A DNA stretch of 47,151 nucleotides from Bacteriovoracaceae bacterium (lineage in GTDB: Bacteria; Bdellovibrionota; Bacteriovoracia; Bacteriovoracales; Bacteriovoracaceae): assembly GCA_041547255.1 (NCBI GenBank), contig JBFEUX010000001.1, positions 1 through 47,151 of the forward strand, in the 5' to 3' direction. Below, piece after piece: positions 16,404-26,798 of this stretch. Under the pieces are notes generated by a model. It was given only the letters and a program-made list of their open reading frames with translations, searched no databases and was not told where the DNA came from. The position numbers and the translations under genes are program-made. Each line of letters begins with the position of its first letter. The first letter of the stretch is position 1.

Positions 16404-17840
16404 TTATAAGCTTTCAATTCGTTTTTTAAGATTTGCAACAGGAGTTAGTGGGATAAGTACTTTTAAATCTGGCCCGTGGTTTTGCCCGGTAAGAACTCCT
16501 CTAAAGCCCATAAAAAGTGGCTTGCCTTTGATCTTCAACTCTTTTTTACAATAATCCATCCACTGACTAAAAGTATCAGCATCTACATAATCACCAGTCG
16601 TTTTCTCTAATTCGCTCGCCAGATACTGCTTAATTGCAGGGGTCGTTTCCCAAGATAAAATTTCTTCTAGTTCATTACTTGGTTCAACCACTTCGCGAGT
16701 GATATCTTTAATTTTTTCATTCAAATCTGGTAAGAGTTGAATTTTGTCTTGATACAATCCAACAAAAGCTTTTTGCCACTCGCCTGTTTGCCTATGATAA
16801 TAAGAGTCTTCTTCCATAAACTCAGCAACTCTTAGGTGTAGCTCATCAACTGATAGTCGCTTTATATGTTGGGCATTAATATATTTTAATTTTTCAATAT
16901 CATAAACAGCATGAGATTTGGAAAAACGTCCCAAACTAAATACATCTTTGTTGGCCAATTCCTCAACAGTAAACACATCTTTTTCTTCTGGATGTGACCA
17001 GCCTAATAAACATAGATAATTTGCCAATGCCTCAGGTAAATAACCACTTTCTCTATATTGTTTCACAGAAGTTGCACCATGACGCTTAGATAGTTTTTGT
17101 CTGTCAGCTCCAATCAATAAAGAAACATGGGCAAATTCAGGTAGCTCTGCTCCAATAGCTTCATAAACTAAAACCTGTCTCAAAGTATTATTAACATGAT
17201 CTTCCCCTCGAATAACATGAGTAATTTTATGAAGGTGATCATCAATAACATTACAAAAGTTATAGGTAGGCATACCATTACTACGCATGATTACGAAATC
17301 TCCAACCATGCCTTCAGGGAACTTGACCTCGCCTCTTACATGATCAGTAAAGCATACATCTTTGGCCGGTACTAAAAAGCGAATAGGTGCTTTTTCCCCT
17401 GCTGTGATTTTTGCCTTCGCTTCATCCCAATGAGCAGGATCTTTCCATTTACCAGTATATGGTGGAGCACCTTCTTCTTTGTTTTTACGAGACATCTCTT
17501 CCAGTTCTTGGTCTGAGCAAAAATCATAAAAAGCTTTACCCTCATCTAATAATTGCTGAGCATATTTATGATAGGTATCCATTCTTTGAGACTGATGATA
17601 AGGGCCATAGTCCCCATCGACTCCAGGCCCTTCATCGTGTTCTAGCCCAATCCAGGCCATATCTAATAATTGTGATTCTTCAAATTCTTTTGTACTTCGC
17701 TCTAGGTCTGTATCCTCAATTCGCAGGATATAACTTCCACCCATGGCCTTAGCAAAAATATAATTGTAGAGAGCGGTTCTTACACCACCAATATGAATAT
17801 GCCCAGTTGGGGACGGGGCAAATCTAACACGAACTGTCAT
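16404..17840 (-). CDS. gltX: Glutamyl-tRNA synthetase
   Basis: MTVRVRFAPSPTGHIHIGGVRTAL (HIGH), KLSKRHG (KMSKS). Start set at the ATG at 17840, preceded by aggagt. Confidence 0.93.
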   Translation of the reverse strand: MTVRVRFAPSPTGHIHIGGVRTALYNYIFAKAMGGSYILRIEDTDLERSTKEFEESQLLDMAWIGLEHDEGPGVDGDYGPYHQSQRMDTYHKYAQQLLDEGKAFYDFCSDQELEEMSRKNKEEGAPPYTGKWKDPAHWDEAKAKITAGEKAPIRFLVPAKDVCFTDHVRGEVKFPEGMVGDFVIMRSNGMPTYNFCNVIDDHLHKITHVIRGEDHVNNTLRQVLVYEAIGAELPEFAHVSLLIGADRQKLSKRHGATSVKQYRESGYLPEALANYLCLLGWSHPEEKDVFTVEELANKDVFSLGRFSKSHAVYDIEKLKYINAQHIKRLSVDELHLRVAEFMEEDSYYHRQTGEWQKAFVGLYQDKIQLLPDLNEKIKDITREVVEPSNELEEILSWETTPAIKQYLASELEKTTGDYVDADTFSQWMDYCKKELKIKGKPLFMGFRGVLTGQNHGPDLKVLIPLTPVANLKKRIESL

Positions 17841-17925
17841 AGGTACTCCTGAAATGCTTATAATCACTTAAGATATACAGGCTTTACCTTCGTTTGTCAT
17901 TATTAGGAATTGTAATTAAAGAGAC

Positions 17926-18402
17926 TTAGTCGTCGAAACATGAATCAATTTTACCGTCAATATTCTTCTCTTCACTTCCAGTTGAGATGGCAATTTCTTT
18001 AATGATCAAATCTTTACACTGATCCATCATTTTTCTTTCACCAAAAGACAGTTTTTTCATATTTTTAAGTAGGAATAAAGATCTTAGAACATCGGCTATT
18101 TCTATTAATGAACCTGTTTTAACTTTGGCCAAATAATCTCTGTGCCTACGGTTCCAGGTTGAATTATCCACTTTTACTTCATGATCTCTAAGCAGGCTAA
18201 AGACGTCTTCAATTTCTCCAGTTGAAACTAATTCTCGCAGACCATCTTTTTTATCAGAAGGCACCATAACGGTCATACCATTAGAGATAATCTTAACAAT
18301 GTAAAATTGCTTTTCCGTATCTCCCAAGGTTTTGGTCTCAATGTTTACTACCTGACCAACACCATGTCCTGGGCAAACTACATAACTTCCGGTTTCAAAC
18401 AT
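17926..18402 (-). CDS. CarD/CdnL-family RNA polymerase-binding transcription factor
   Basis: 158 aa. The N-terminal FETGSYVVCPGHGVGQVVNIE Tudor-like module and overall size are typical of CarD_CdnL_TRCF proteins. Confidence 0.85.
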   Translation of the reverse strand: MFETGSYVVCPGHGVGQVVNIETKTLGDTEKQFYIVKIISNGMTVMVPSDKKDGLRELVSTGEIEDVFSLLRDHEVKVDNSTWNRRHRDYLAKVKTGSLIEIADVLRSLFLLKNMKKLSFGERKMMDQCKDLIIKEIAISTGSEEKNIDGKIDSCFDD

Positions 18403-18610
18403 AATAATCCTTAATAAGTCTTTGCATTACTTTATATAGTGATAACGCATATGGTTAATAATCTCAATCCGATTGAAATTATTACAGGCTTGTTAAATTT
18501 TTTAGTTCTTGAAATTTCAGTAACTTAAGTTGTTTTTTGAAATAAATATTATTTAAAACATTATTATTAATGCCTTATATAGACTTATTAATAGCACAAA
18601 TAGAGGTAAT

Positions 18611-18638
18611 AGAAAAGGGATCTCAATGAGATCCCTTA
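18611..18638 (-). terminator. Terminator of ndk
   Basis: Minus sense reads aagggatctc-att-gagatccctt followed by ttct. The stem is 10 bp. Confidence 0.7.
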
Positions 18639-18666
18639 AATATATGTTATTGATTATTAATATAAA

Positions 18667-19095
18667 TTAGAAACGATCAACTAACTCATTTTTTTCGAAG
18701 AAATACGCTAATTCTCTCTCAGCAGAAGCAGCAGAATCAGATCCGTGAACAGCATTTTCCCCAATAGACTTCGCATAAAGCTTTCTAACAGTTCCTTCAG
18801 CAGCTTCAGCCGGGTTAGTTGCCCCCATAATCTCTCTATTTTTAGCAACTGCATTTTCACCTTCAAGGGCCATAAGCATAACAGGTCCAGATGTCATAAA
18901 TTCTACTAACTCACCAAAAAAAGGTCTATCTTTGTGCTCAATATAGAACCCTTCTGCTTTTTCTTTAGATAGTTTAGTGAATTTAGCAGCAGCTATTCTT
19001 AAACCATTTTTTTCGAACATCGCGATGATGTTACCAATATTATTATCAAGAGTAGCGTTTGGTTTAATAATTGAAAAAGTTTTTTCAATGCTCAT
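18667..19095 (-). CDS. ndk: Nucleoside diphosphate kinase
   Basis: 142 aa, with [17 protein letters not shown] and other Ndk hallmarks. Confidence 0.96.
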   Translation of the reverse strand: MSIEKTFSIIKPNATLDNNIGNIIAMFEKNGLRIAAAKFTKLSKEKAEGFYIEHKDRPFFGELVEFMTSGPVMLMALEGENAVAKNREIMGATNPAEAAEGTVRKLYAKSIGENAVHGSDSAASAERELAYFFEKNELVDRF

Positions 19096-19146
19096 TGTGA
19101 TTTCTCCTTACAACATCAATAAAATTAAATTAAAAGTCTTTTACAC

Positions 19147-20016
19147 TTATTTCAGGACTTCGGCAACTTTTTCACCAAGCTCAGCAGGCGATCGGGCAAT
19201 GGTAATACCGCACTCGTCCAATACTTTGTATTTGGCTTCAGCAGTATCGTCTCCACCAGATATAATGGCGCCTGCATGTCCCATTCTTTTACCTTTAGGT
19301 GCAGAAGCACCAGCGATAAATGAAACAACGGGCTTAGTCATATTCTCTTTAATCCAACGAGCCGCATCTGTTTCTGCATTACCACCAATTTCACCAATCA
19401 TAATGACAGCATCTGTATCTGGATCTTTTTCAAATAATGAAAGGCAGTCGATAAAGTTTGTTCCATTTACTGGGTCTCCACCAATCCCTACACAAGTAGA
19501 TTGACCAATCTCCCTTTGTGTAAGCTGATAAACGGCTTCATAGGTTAGAGTTCCTGATCGAGATATAACTCCTACTCTACCTGGCATATGAATATGTCCT
19601 GGCATAATTCCAATCTTACATTCTCCTGGAGTAATAATTCCTGGACAATTAGGCCCAATCAAACGAGACTCTGAATTCTTAAGAGCTCCCTTGACCTTAA
19701 CCATATCATTAATAGGAATCCCTTCCGTAATACAAATAATAAGAGGTACTTTTGCTTCAATACACTCAAGAATTGAATCAGCTGCAAATGGAGGTGGAAC
19801 AAAAATCATCGCAACATTTGCACCGGTATTATGAACACATTCACTTACAGTATTAAAGACAGGAATTCCTTCGTGAGTCATACCACCTTTACCTGGCGTC
19901 ACACCACCAACAACATTGGTACCATAATCACGACATTGTAATGTGTGAAAAGTACCTTGTTTTCCAGTTACTCCAACAGTCATCAATTTTGTTTCTCTAT
20001 TTACTAAAATAGTCAT
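19147..20016 (-). CDS. sucD: Succinyl-CoA synthetase alpha subunit
   Basis: 289 aa, with [19 protein letters not shown] and the phospho-His region GHAGAII. Confidence 0.96.
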   Translation of the reverse strand: MTILVNRETKLMTVGVTGKQGTFHTLQCRDYGTNVVGGVTPGKGGMTHEGIPVFNTVSECVHNTGANVAMIFVPPPFAADSILECIEAKVPLIICITEGIPINDMVKVKGALKNSESRLIGPNCPGIITPGECKIGIMPGHIHMPGRVGVISRSGTLTYEAVYQLTQREIGQSTCVGIGGDPVNGTNFIDCLSLFEKDPDTDAVIMIGEIGGNAETDAARWIKENMTKPVVSFIAGASAPKGKRMGHAGAIISGGDDTAEAKYKVLDECGITIARSPAELGEKVAEVLK

Positions 20017-21185
20017 TATGCATTCCCTTTTGCTGCTTCTACTACTTTATGGGCAGCGTCTGCTAAGTCTTCGGCAGGAATAATCTTAAGCCCGGATTCA
20101 GCTAAAATCTTTTTCCCTAAATTAACATTTGTTCCTTCTAGTCTTACAACTAATGGAACTTTTACTTCTAGCTCTTTAGCTGCGGCAACAACACCTTCTG
20201 CGATAATGTCACATTTCATAATACCACCAAAGATATTTACTAGGATGGCCTGAACACTCTCATCATGCAAAATGATCTCAAAAGCTTTTTGAACAGTTTC
20301 TTTTGTTGCACTACCACCAACATCTAAAAAGTTCGCTGGCTCTCCCCCATAGATTTTAATGATATCCATCGTGGCCATAGCTAGACCTGCACCGTTAACC
20401 ATACATCCAATATTTCCATCAAGAGAAATGTAAGAAAGACCATAGTTATGAGCTTCTAATTCAAGTTCTGACTCTTCATTAGGATCTCTCATCTCTTCAA
20501 CATCAGAATGTCTGAAAAGAGCATTATCATCAAAGTTTAACTTTGCATCTAAGGCAATAACATCTCCACCTTTAGTGGTTACTAATGGGTTGATTTCTGC
20601 AATGGAACAATCTTTAGAGATATATAAGTTATAAAGTCCCTCAAAAAATTTCATGGCCTTTTTTAAAGCATCACCTTTAAGACCAATTCCAAAACCTAAC
20701 TTTCTTCCTACACTTGGTTGATAACCAGTGGCCGGATCAATCGCAACTTTTATGATCTTCTCTGGTGTTTCGGCTGCAACTTTTTCAATCTCAACTCCAC
20801 CTTCTTCAGAGGCCATCATGGTAATTCTAGAAGTATCTCTATCTAAAACAATACCAACGTAATATTCGTGATCGATATCACATCCTTCTTCAATTAGTAT
20901 TGTCTTTACAACTTTTCCTTCAGGGCCAGTTTGATGAGTAACCAAATTCATTCCCATAATCTCATCACCAAACTTTTTTACATCCTCTAAAGACTTCGCA
21001 ACTTTTACACCGCCGCCTTTTCCACGTCCACCAGCGTGAATTTGAGCTTTAACTACCCAAACATTTCCACCAAGTTTCTTTGCAACCTCAACTGCTTCAT
21101 CTCCCGACTTCGCAATTCCACCTTTCAGGACGCTAATCCCCATCTCTCTCATCAAGTCTTTGGCTTGATATTCGTGAACGTTCAT
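20016..21185 (-). CDS. sucC: Succinyl-CoA synthetase beta subunit
   Basis: 389 aa, with [12 protein letters not shown] and [10 protein letters not shown] (ATP-grasp). Its stop overlaps the sucD start. Confidence 0.96.
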   Translation of the reverse strand: MNVHEYQAKDLMREMGISVLKGGIAKSGDEAVEVAKKLGGNVWVVKAQIHAGGRGKGGGVKVAKSLEDVKKFGDEIMGMNLVTHQTGPEGKVVKTILIEEGCDIDHEYYVGIVLDRDTSRITMMASEEGGVEIEKVAAETPEKIIKVAIDPATGYQPSVGRKLGFGIGLKGDALKKAMKFFEGLYNLYISKDCSIAEINPLVTTKGGDVIALDAKLNFDDNALFRHSDVEEMRDPNEESELELEAHNYGLSYISLDGNIGCMVNGAGLAMATMDIIKIYGGEPANFLDVGGSATKETVQKAFEIILHDESVQAILVNIFGGIMKCDIIAEGVVAAAKELEVKVPLVVRLEGTNVNLGKKILAESGLKIIPAEDLADAAHKVVEAAKGNA

Positions 21186-21460
21186 TTAGAACTCCTTAAT
21201 TTGTGAACATAAAGACAATAATTTACAAATGTTAATCTGAGCTAATTATAGAGCTTTTTCTCTTGTTATCAACAGTAAGATTAAAAAATCCGACCACATT
21301 TGTGTGAGAAATATAAACTTTGCGTTGCATGATGCTCTATTTTTTTTAACTCACCGCAATTTTTCTAATTTCGTTCAGCAGCATTTTTCAGTTCATTACT
21401 TTGCATGATTTTAAGATTAGTTTAAAATGACAAACAGAATTTATACTGGAGAAATATTTT

Positions 21461-22345
21461 ATGAAAAAATACATCCTACATCCTGCTCAGTTCAAACTGG
21501 ATGGAGGCGCCATGTTTGGAATTATCCCCAAACCTCTATGGTCCAAAAATATTATTGCTGATGAGCTCAATAGAATTCCCATGTCTTTGCGGGTTGTATA
21601 CTTAGAAACTGCAAAGCGAAAAATTCTTATTGATACAGGTATTGGAGATTACCATGGTGATAAATTCAATACACAGTTTGCTATTGAAGGTTCAAGTTCT
21701 CCCCTAGAATCAATTTTACAAAATGATTTGAATATAAATGCTGACGAGATCACTGATATTATTATTACTCATCTGCATTTCGATCACGTCGGAGGTTTAG
21801 GAACAGGGGCCGACGGCACAACCCCTATTTTTAAAAATGCGACGATTCACCTGCACCAGCAGCACTGGGAGTATTCAAAAAAGGCTACTGTACGTGACAA
21901 AGGTTCTTTTCATTCGCATACATTTGAGCCACTGCTCGCTTATTACCAATCCCACAATCAACTACACCTGCTAACCGAAGAAGGTGGAATAGGCGTTATC
22001 CTCGAGGATAACGATGAGAAAATAGAGTATAAGGTAAGCTTTGGACATACTCCATACATGGTTCATCCTATTTTTGATGGATTTATCTATATGGCGGATC
22101 TTGTACCCATGCAACATCATATCCGAATTCCCTGGGTTATGGGCTATGATATCGAACCCGGAATCACCACAGAATACAAACAAAAATTCTACCAATATAT
22201 CATAGACAATAAATTAAAGATGATTTTTGAACACGACCAAGATGTCTGGGGAGGGCCATTAGGTCTCAATGAAAAAAATCAATTTATCCTGACTGAAAAA
22301 ATGAGAAGTAACAAAACGACTTTTCAAGAATTAGACAATTCTTGA
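21461..22345 (+). CDS. MBL-fold metallo-hydrolase
   Basis: HxHxDH motif in ITHLHFDHVGG. 294 aa. Confidence 0.8.
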   Translation: MKKYILHPAQFKLDGGAMFGIIPKPLWSKNIIADELNRIPMSLRVVYLETAKRKILIDTGIGDYHGDKFNTQFAIEGSSSPLESILQNDLNINADEITDIIITHLHFDHVGGLGTGADGTTPIFKNATIHLHQQHWEYSKKATVRDKGSFHSHTFEPLLAYYQSHNQLHLLTEEGGIGVILEDNDEKIEYKVSFGHTPYMVHPIFDGFIYMADLVPMQHHIRIPWVMGYDIEPGITTEYKQKFYQYIIDNKLKMIFEHDQDVWGGPLGLNEKNQFILTEKMRSNKTTFQELDNS

Positions 22346-22352
22346 ATTTTTT
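22324..22352 (+). terminator. Perfect palindromic hairpin containing both convergent stop codons, followed by a T6 run
   Basis: tcaagaatt (22324-22332), loop agac, aattcttga (22337-22345), then a and tttttt (22347-22352). Confidence 0.5.
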
Positions 22353-23745
22353 CATCACACCCCTTGATGATCTCATCCAACTTACTGGCACTCTCTTGCT
22401 TTAGGGCCTTTCTTTGGGCTGGTGTATTTTTGTCCGGGTCATAGGCTTGTAAGGCTTCCAAGATGGCCATAGACCTCTCTCCAATGTCCGTGGCCAGGTT
22501 AGACAAATGATTATAATTTGCCAGAACCTCTTGATTATTTTCAAAGTCCTTTTTCATAAGTTTGGCATAACTGGCTTCATTCGTTTTAACAAACTCAGTA
22601 AAGAAAATTCCATAACGAGTCTTATATTCATTTTCAAAGGCCAAAACATTTTGGGCCCACTTTAAGGGGTCCTTATCGAAAATCGCCATAATACCACTTT
22701 TAATTTCACCTGTTATCATTTTTACGGTCTGATATTTTTGAATCAGTTCTTCCCAAAATAACCTGGAATTCGATTGTTTCTTTTTAAGATAGCGCGCCAA
22801 TAGTTTTTGAAAGTCTTTTTTAGCAAGGTTAGAAATCAATACATGTTTGGCAAAATGTATTTTCTTATTACTTGGATCGAAAATACGGGCATAGAGAGGA
22901 GATTTAAGCTTACCAACCGTGGTTATCTGAGCTGCATAAACCCCATCCACAAACTTTGTACCAGATATGAATTCAAATTTATTAATAGTAATAAGTTTAT
23001 TCGCTAGATTTCCATAAGCTTTTATCTCAACTGGCTCTCCCAGCATTTTTCCTTTGATACTTTTTAAGCTAATTGCCACTTCTCCCATCAAGGGGGAATT
23101 AGTCGCTACCCAAAAAGATTTTTTTGCCTTTCCCATGGCAAAAGCAAAACGCATTTGACTAGGGTCACTAAGAGCTGTTTTTTTAAGACGCTCAAAATCT
23201 CTGAGACTCATTAATTTTGGTCTGGTAAAAATCTGGGTCTTTTGTTGATAATAAAGAAAAGCAAAAACACTTCCCAATATAAGAAGGACTGCAAATAAAA
23301 GATATCGCAATTTCTTTCTATATTTTGGAGTGGCAGGAGTTTTTAGCTTAGCTTCTTGCCTTATTTCATCTTCCTCTTCTTCTATTTCCTCATAAAGCCC
23401 TGGTTCATCGATCTCATCTATATGAAATACAGCCTCTTCATTCCCCTCATCTTTAAGCTGCTCGACTGTAGCCTGTTCGACTGTAGCCTGTTCGACTTCA
23501 ACTTCCTCATCTTCAATAGGCAACGGAGGAAGATCTGGAGGCAAATCATCTGAAGATATAGTAGTGTTCATTTTCTTTAAGGATGATTTATCTAAAAATA
23601 CATCTTGATAGCTCTGTGATGCGCTTAAGCCTTCACGCCATATCAGTGACTCAGCTTGTAATTCACCTTCGCTATACATCTGTTTAAGGACTTTTTCCGT
23701 AAAAGGACCCAGATGCTCATTTTTTCTAATTAAAAACCAATCCAT
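22324..23745 (-). CDS. GYF_2 (DUF4339)-domain membrane protein
   Basis: The N-terminal MDWFLIRKNEHLGPFTEKVLKQMYSEGELQAESLIWREGL fits the GYF_2 pattern. It also has an acidic linker with the ATVEQATVEQ repeat and one TM helix, LLFAVLLILGSVFAFLYY. Confidence 0.65.
   Translation of the reverse strand: MDWFLIRKNEHLGPFTEKVLKQMYSEGELQAESLIWREGLSASQSYQDVFLDKSSLKKMNTTISSDDLPPDLPPLPIEDEEVEVEQATVEQATVEQLKDEGNEEAVFHIDEIDEPGLYEEIEEEEDEIRQEAKLKTPATPKYRKKLRYLLFAVLLILGSVFAFLYYQQKTQIFTRPKLMSLRDFERLKKTALSDPSQMRFAFAMGKAKKSFWVATNSPLMGEVAISLKSIKGKMLGEPVEIKAYGNLANKLITINKFEFISGTKFVDGVYAAQITTVGKLKSPLYARIFDPSNKKIHFAKHVLISNLAKKDFQKLLARYLKKKQSNSRLFWEELIQKYQTVKMITGEIKSGIMAIFDKDPLKWAQNVLAFENEYKTRYGIFFTEFVKTNEASYAKLMKKDFENNQEVLANYNHLSNLATDIGERSMAILEALQAYDPDKNTPAQRKALKQESASKLDEIIKGCDEKIQELSNS
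23462..23497. repeat. 15-nt tandem repeat (2.4 copies) inside the GYF_2 protein gene
   Basis: tcgactgtagcctgt twice, then tcgact. It encodes VEQATVEQATVEQ on the minus strand. Confidence 0.85.
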
Positions 23746-23827
23746 AGAACTTTATATTTGACTATAACCATCCACTTACTAATATTTATTTATAACTTTA
23801 GTATGATACATAAATTGGTTAACTACA

Positions 23828-24733
23828 ATGAAAAATAGAAATCTAAACAGCTTAGCACCCCTTTTCAAAGAATCGAGAGATTTTAAAAGCAATTCTATTA
23901 TTATCTTCAATTCTTCAAGTGATATTGGCGTACGTCGAAATTTCGGTCGCAACGGAGCCCGGTATGCACCTAAGGCCATAGTAAATAGTTTAAAGAAGTT
24001 TAATAAACAACAAATCGACTGCCCACTACACTGCTTTGAGGTCAGTGATCAGGTAAAAGAAGAACAAAACTTTCATCAAGCTCAAATTGCAGAAAGTGAA
24101 CTCATCAAAGAGCTTATAGATAAAAGTAAAAATGAGAATTATATTCATTTAGGTGGTGGGCATGACCATGCCTTTGCCTTACTTCATGCAATAAATGAAT
24201 CTAAAAAATTCAAAAACCTACTTATTATTAATATAGACGCTCATTGTGATACACGGATAGAAGATCAAAGACATTCCGGAACACCCTTTCGAGATTTTGA
24301 TAATATCGCGCAAATTCCATATCACTTGATACAATACGGGATCCAGGGTTTTGCTAACTCTCCCTCAACTCTAAAACCGGTAGAAAATGGTTCTTCTAGT
24401 TATTATTATTTAAATGAAATAGTAGGCTCAAAAGAGAATGACTTACTAGAAACCCTTAAAAATAAAACGGATTCAGATACCGCAATATTTTTTAGCTTAG
24501 ACTGCGACGCTATTTCCGGTGATCAGATGAAAGCTGTCAGTGCAGTTAATGGAAGAGGTCTATCACTTGAACATATACACAATTTATTAAAAGAGGTTCT
24601 TGAGCTTGAGTGTAACGCTCTTTTTTTTGGCGTCTATGAATATAATCCAGTTTATGATGATCTATCTCAACTAGGATCAAGATCAATTGCAACTCTTCTT
24701 TATGAATATCTAAACAAAACATGTAAGAAATAA
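23828..24733 (+). CDS. Ureohydrolase (arginase/formiminoglutamase/agmatinase family)
   Basis: Mn-binding motifs GGGHDHAF, INIDAHCDTR and SLDCDAISG. Confidence 0.8.
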   Translation: MKNRNLNSLAPLFKESRDFKSNSIIIFNSSSDIGVRRNFGRNGARYAPKAIVNSLKKFNKQQIDCPLHCFEVSDQVKEEQNFHQAQIAESELIKELIDKSKNENYIHLGGGHDHAFALLHAINESKKFKNLLIINIDAHCDTRIEDQRHSGTPFRDFDNIAQIPYHLIQYGIQGFANSPSTLKPVENGSSSYYYLNEIVGSKENDLLETLKNKTDSDTAIFFSLDCDAISGDQMKAVSAVNGRGLSLEHIHNLLKEVLELECNALFFGVYEYNPVYDDLSQLGSRSIATLLYEYLNKTCKK

Positions 24734-24735
24734 AA

Positions 24736-24765
24736 AAGCCCACAAGGAACTTGCGGGCTTTTTTT
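24736..24765 (+). terminator. Rho-independent terminator
   Basis: aagcccacaag-gaa-cttgcgggctt (one mismatch) followed by ttttt. Confidence 0.8.
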
Positions 24766-25126
24766 GAGAGACATAAGGAGAAGTTATAAAAAAATCCTTT
24801 TCTTATAACCCCAACACACACACGCCTTATACTTTGCAAGGCCCGTGCCAACTTTTTCATCCACCCATATTTCATTAAGTCACTGTAAACACGTTGAGAA
24901 TAAAAACTAGAGTAACTATTTTTTGACAATGACATGTCAAAGAACGCGTCACAACATAACTTCATCGTACTTTTGACGAATTTAAATTAAATTAACATGG
25001 AGTTAAATTCTTTAGTCAAAAAGACTTTAAATTTCCAATAATTATGGGATAATAACTGTAAATTTTCACTAAATTGTTTTTTTACTTAAACTGAATAGTT
25101 AACCTTGCCATGCAAAAGGATGTTAA

Positions 25127-25642
25127 ATGAGAACATTAGAAAGAAAAAGTTTTTTGTCAGTCTTAACCGTTATGTTGCTAGTACTAGCTGGTTGTTCTTC
25201 TTCTGGAACTAAAAAAGGCGGTGATGCGTCAGATTCAATGGTTGATGATAATGCCATGAATAGTCCTCTAGAATTACAGGGTACCAGTGATGACAGCACT
25301 GCTGGTCCATTACAAACTGTGTACTTCGAGTTTAACAAATCCAGACTTACATCTGCTGCGAAATCAACTTTAGAGCAAAATGCAATGTTCTTAAAAGCTG
25401 CTGGTTCTGCAGTTGATATTCAAGTTGAGGGTCACTGTGATGAAAGAGGTGGTCAACAATACAACTTGGCCCTTGGAGAAAGAAGAGCAAAAGCTGTTAA
25501 GGGATATCTAGAAGCTTTAGGTGTAAAAGCAGCAAGAATCTCTGTTATTTCTTACGGTAAAGAAAAGCCACTTGCCTTTGGACACGACGAAGAGTCTTGG
25601 GCGAAAAACAGAAGAGCTAACTTTGTAATTACTGCTAAGTAA
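25127..25642 (+). CDS. pal: Peptidoglycan-associated lipoprotein (OmpA-family C-terminal domain)
   Basis: Lipobox LVLAGCSSS, and VYFEFNKSRL...GHCDERGGQQYNLALGERRAKAV... Confidence 0.92.
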   Translation: MRTLERKSFLSVLTVMLLVLAGCSSSGTKKGGDASDSMVDDNAMNSPLELQGTSDDSTAGPLQTVYFEFNKSRLTSAAKSTLEQNAMFLKAAGSAVDIQVEGHCDERGGQQYNLALGERRAKAVKGYLEALGVKAARISVISYGKEKPLAFGHDEESWAKNRRANFVITAK

Positions 25643-25651
25643 TCTTTTAAT

Positions 25652-25957
25652 ATGCAAAGCCGTTTGGGTGTAATTTTAATTCTTTTTTTGTTCGCTAGTT
25701 GTGGATTGACAACAACTAGACCAAAAGTTGAAATGAGTTATGCTCAAGCGGCTTTTTTAGCTGCGCGAGAAGCAAAAGCTGAAATTCACGCCCCCCAAGA
25801 TTTCAGAAAAGCAGAAATCTACTATCTCAAAGCAAAGTCTAATTACAAAAGAAAGTATTTTAATAAGGCCAAACAATACGCTATCCTCAGCAAAAAATTT
25901 TCGGAACGTGCAGAGTTCGAAGCTCAAAAAAAACAAACCTTAGAAGGTAGTAATTAG
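25652..25957 (+). CDS. Small helical lipoprotein, DUF4398-like
   Basis: Lipobox LFASCGL. The helical AQAAFLAAREAKAEIHAPQDFRKAE pattern is similar to DUF4398 proteins, which are often found next to OmpA/Pal genes. Confidence 0.5.
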   Translation: MQSRLGVILILFLFASCGLTTTRPKVEMSYAQAAFLAAREAKAEIHAPQDFRKAEIYYLKAKSNYKRKYFNKAKQYAILSKKFSERAEFEAQKKQTLEGSN

Positions 25958-26021
25958 TTTTTATTTCAACTTTCAAATCATTTTTTTCATGTTAAAATTT
26001 TTATAATAAAAGGATAAGACT

Positions 26022-26798
26022 ATGAAAAAGTTGAGCTTATTATTCGTTTTAACAATCACTTTCACCTCTTGTTTTAAAACAGCTGAAGAAATTCGTAGAG
26101 AAAAAATGATTGATGATCAATTGGCACAATCATCCCGTATTATTGCAGACCTCACCTCTCAGGTGCATGAATTAAAAGGGGGGCTGGCAACTACTTCAGG
26201 TCAATTAGAAGAGATTGATTATAAAACAACAACTAGTAGTCAGTCACAATATGCCACTTTACAGGCCACTGTAAATCAATTAACTGCTCAAGTAAAAATA
26301 CTTAATGAAGAAAATCAACAAACCCAAAAAGAAGTAAGAGTACTACGCTCTGAAATTAATGCTCAAAAAAGTTACATAAAAAAAGTAACCGGTACTTTAA
26401 GCAGTATGGGTGGAGGAAGTTCTAGCAAAAAAGGAAGTGGCAGTTTACTACAAAAGGCACATAAAGCTTTTGAAAGTAATAAGCAAAAGCAAGCACAAAA
26501 ACTTTACTTGGAAGTACTGTCAGAGGGTAAAATTAGTAATGCCCAAAAGAACCACGTTTATTTCAATTTAGGTTTACTGGATTACTGGAAGAAAAAGTAT
26601 AACGAAGCCTTGGTATATTTCAGCAAAATCTATACAAAATATCCTAAGAGTTCCTTCGCTCCCGCTTCCCTACTATATATTGCCCGCAGTTTTGGTAAGC
26701 AAGGGAAAAAAGAAGAAGCAAACGCAACTTATCAAGAGTTGATAAAAAACTATCCTAAATCCAAACATGCAAAAAGTGCAAAAAAAGAGCTTAAATAA
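26022..26798 (+). CDS. YbgF/CpoB-like Tol-Pal-associated protein (coiled coil plus TPR), lipoprotein variant
   Basis: Lipobox-like TFTSCF, an N-terminal coiled coil (LQATVNQLTAQVKILNEENQQ), and a C-terminal TPR-like YFNLGLLDYWKKKYNEA...YPKSKHAKSAKKEL. It lies directly after pal. Confidence 0.7.
   Translation: MKKLSLLFVLTITFTSCFKTAEEIRREKMIDDQLAQSSRIIADLTSQVHELKGGLATTSGQLEEIDYKTTTSSQSQYATLQATVNQLTAQVKILNEENQQTQKEVRVLRSEINAQKSYIKKVTGTLSSMGGGSSSKKGSGSLLQKAHKAFESNKQKQAQKLYLEVLSEGKISNAQKNHVYFNLGLLDYWKKKYNEALVYFSKIYTKYPKSSFAPASLLYIARSFGKQGKKEEANATYQELIKNYPKSKHAKSAKKELK

Noticed and set aside
24546-24965. 139-aa minus-strand ORF between the ureohydrolase gene and pal.
   Set aside because: It overlaps the 3' end of the ureohydrolase gene, passes through its terminator hairpin, and has an odd Cys/Phe-rich composition with no family resemblance.
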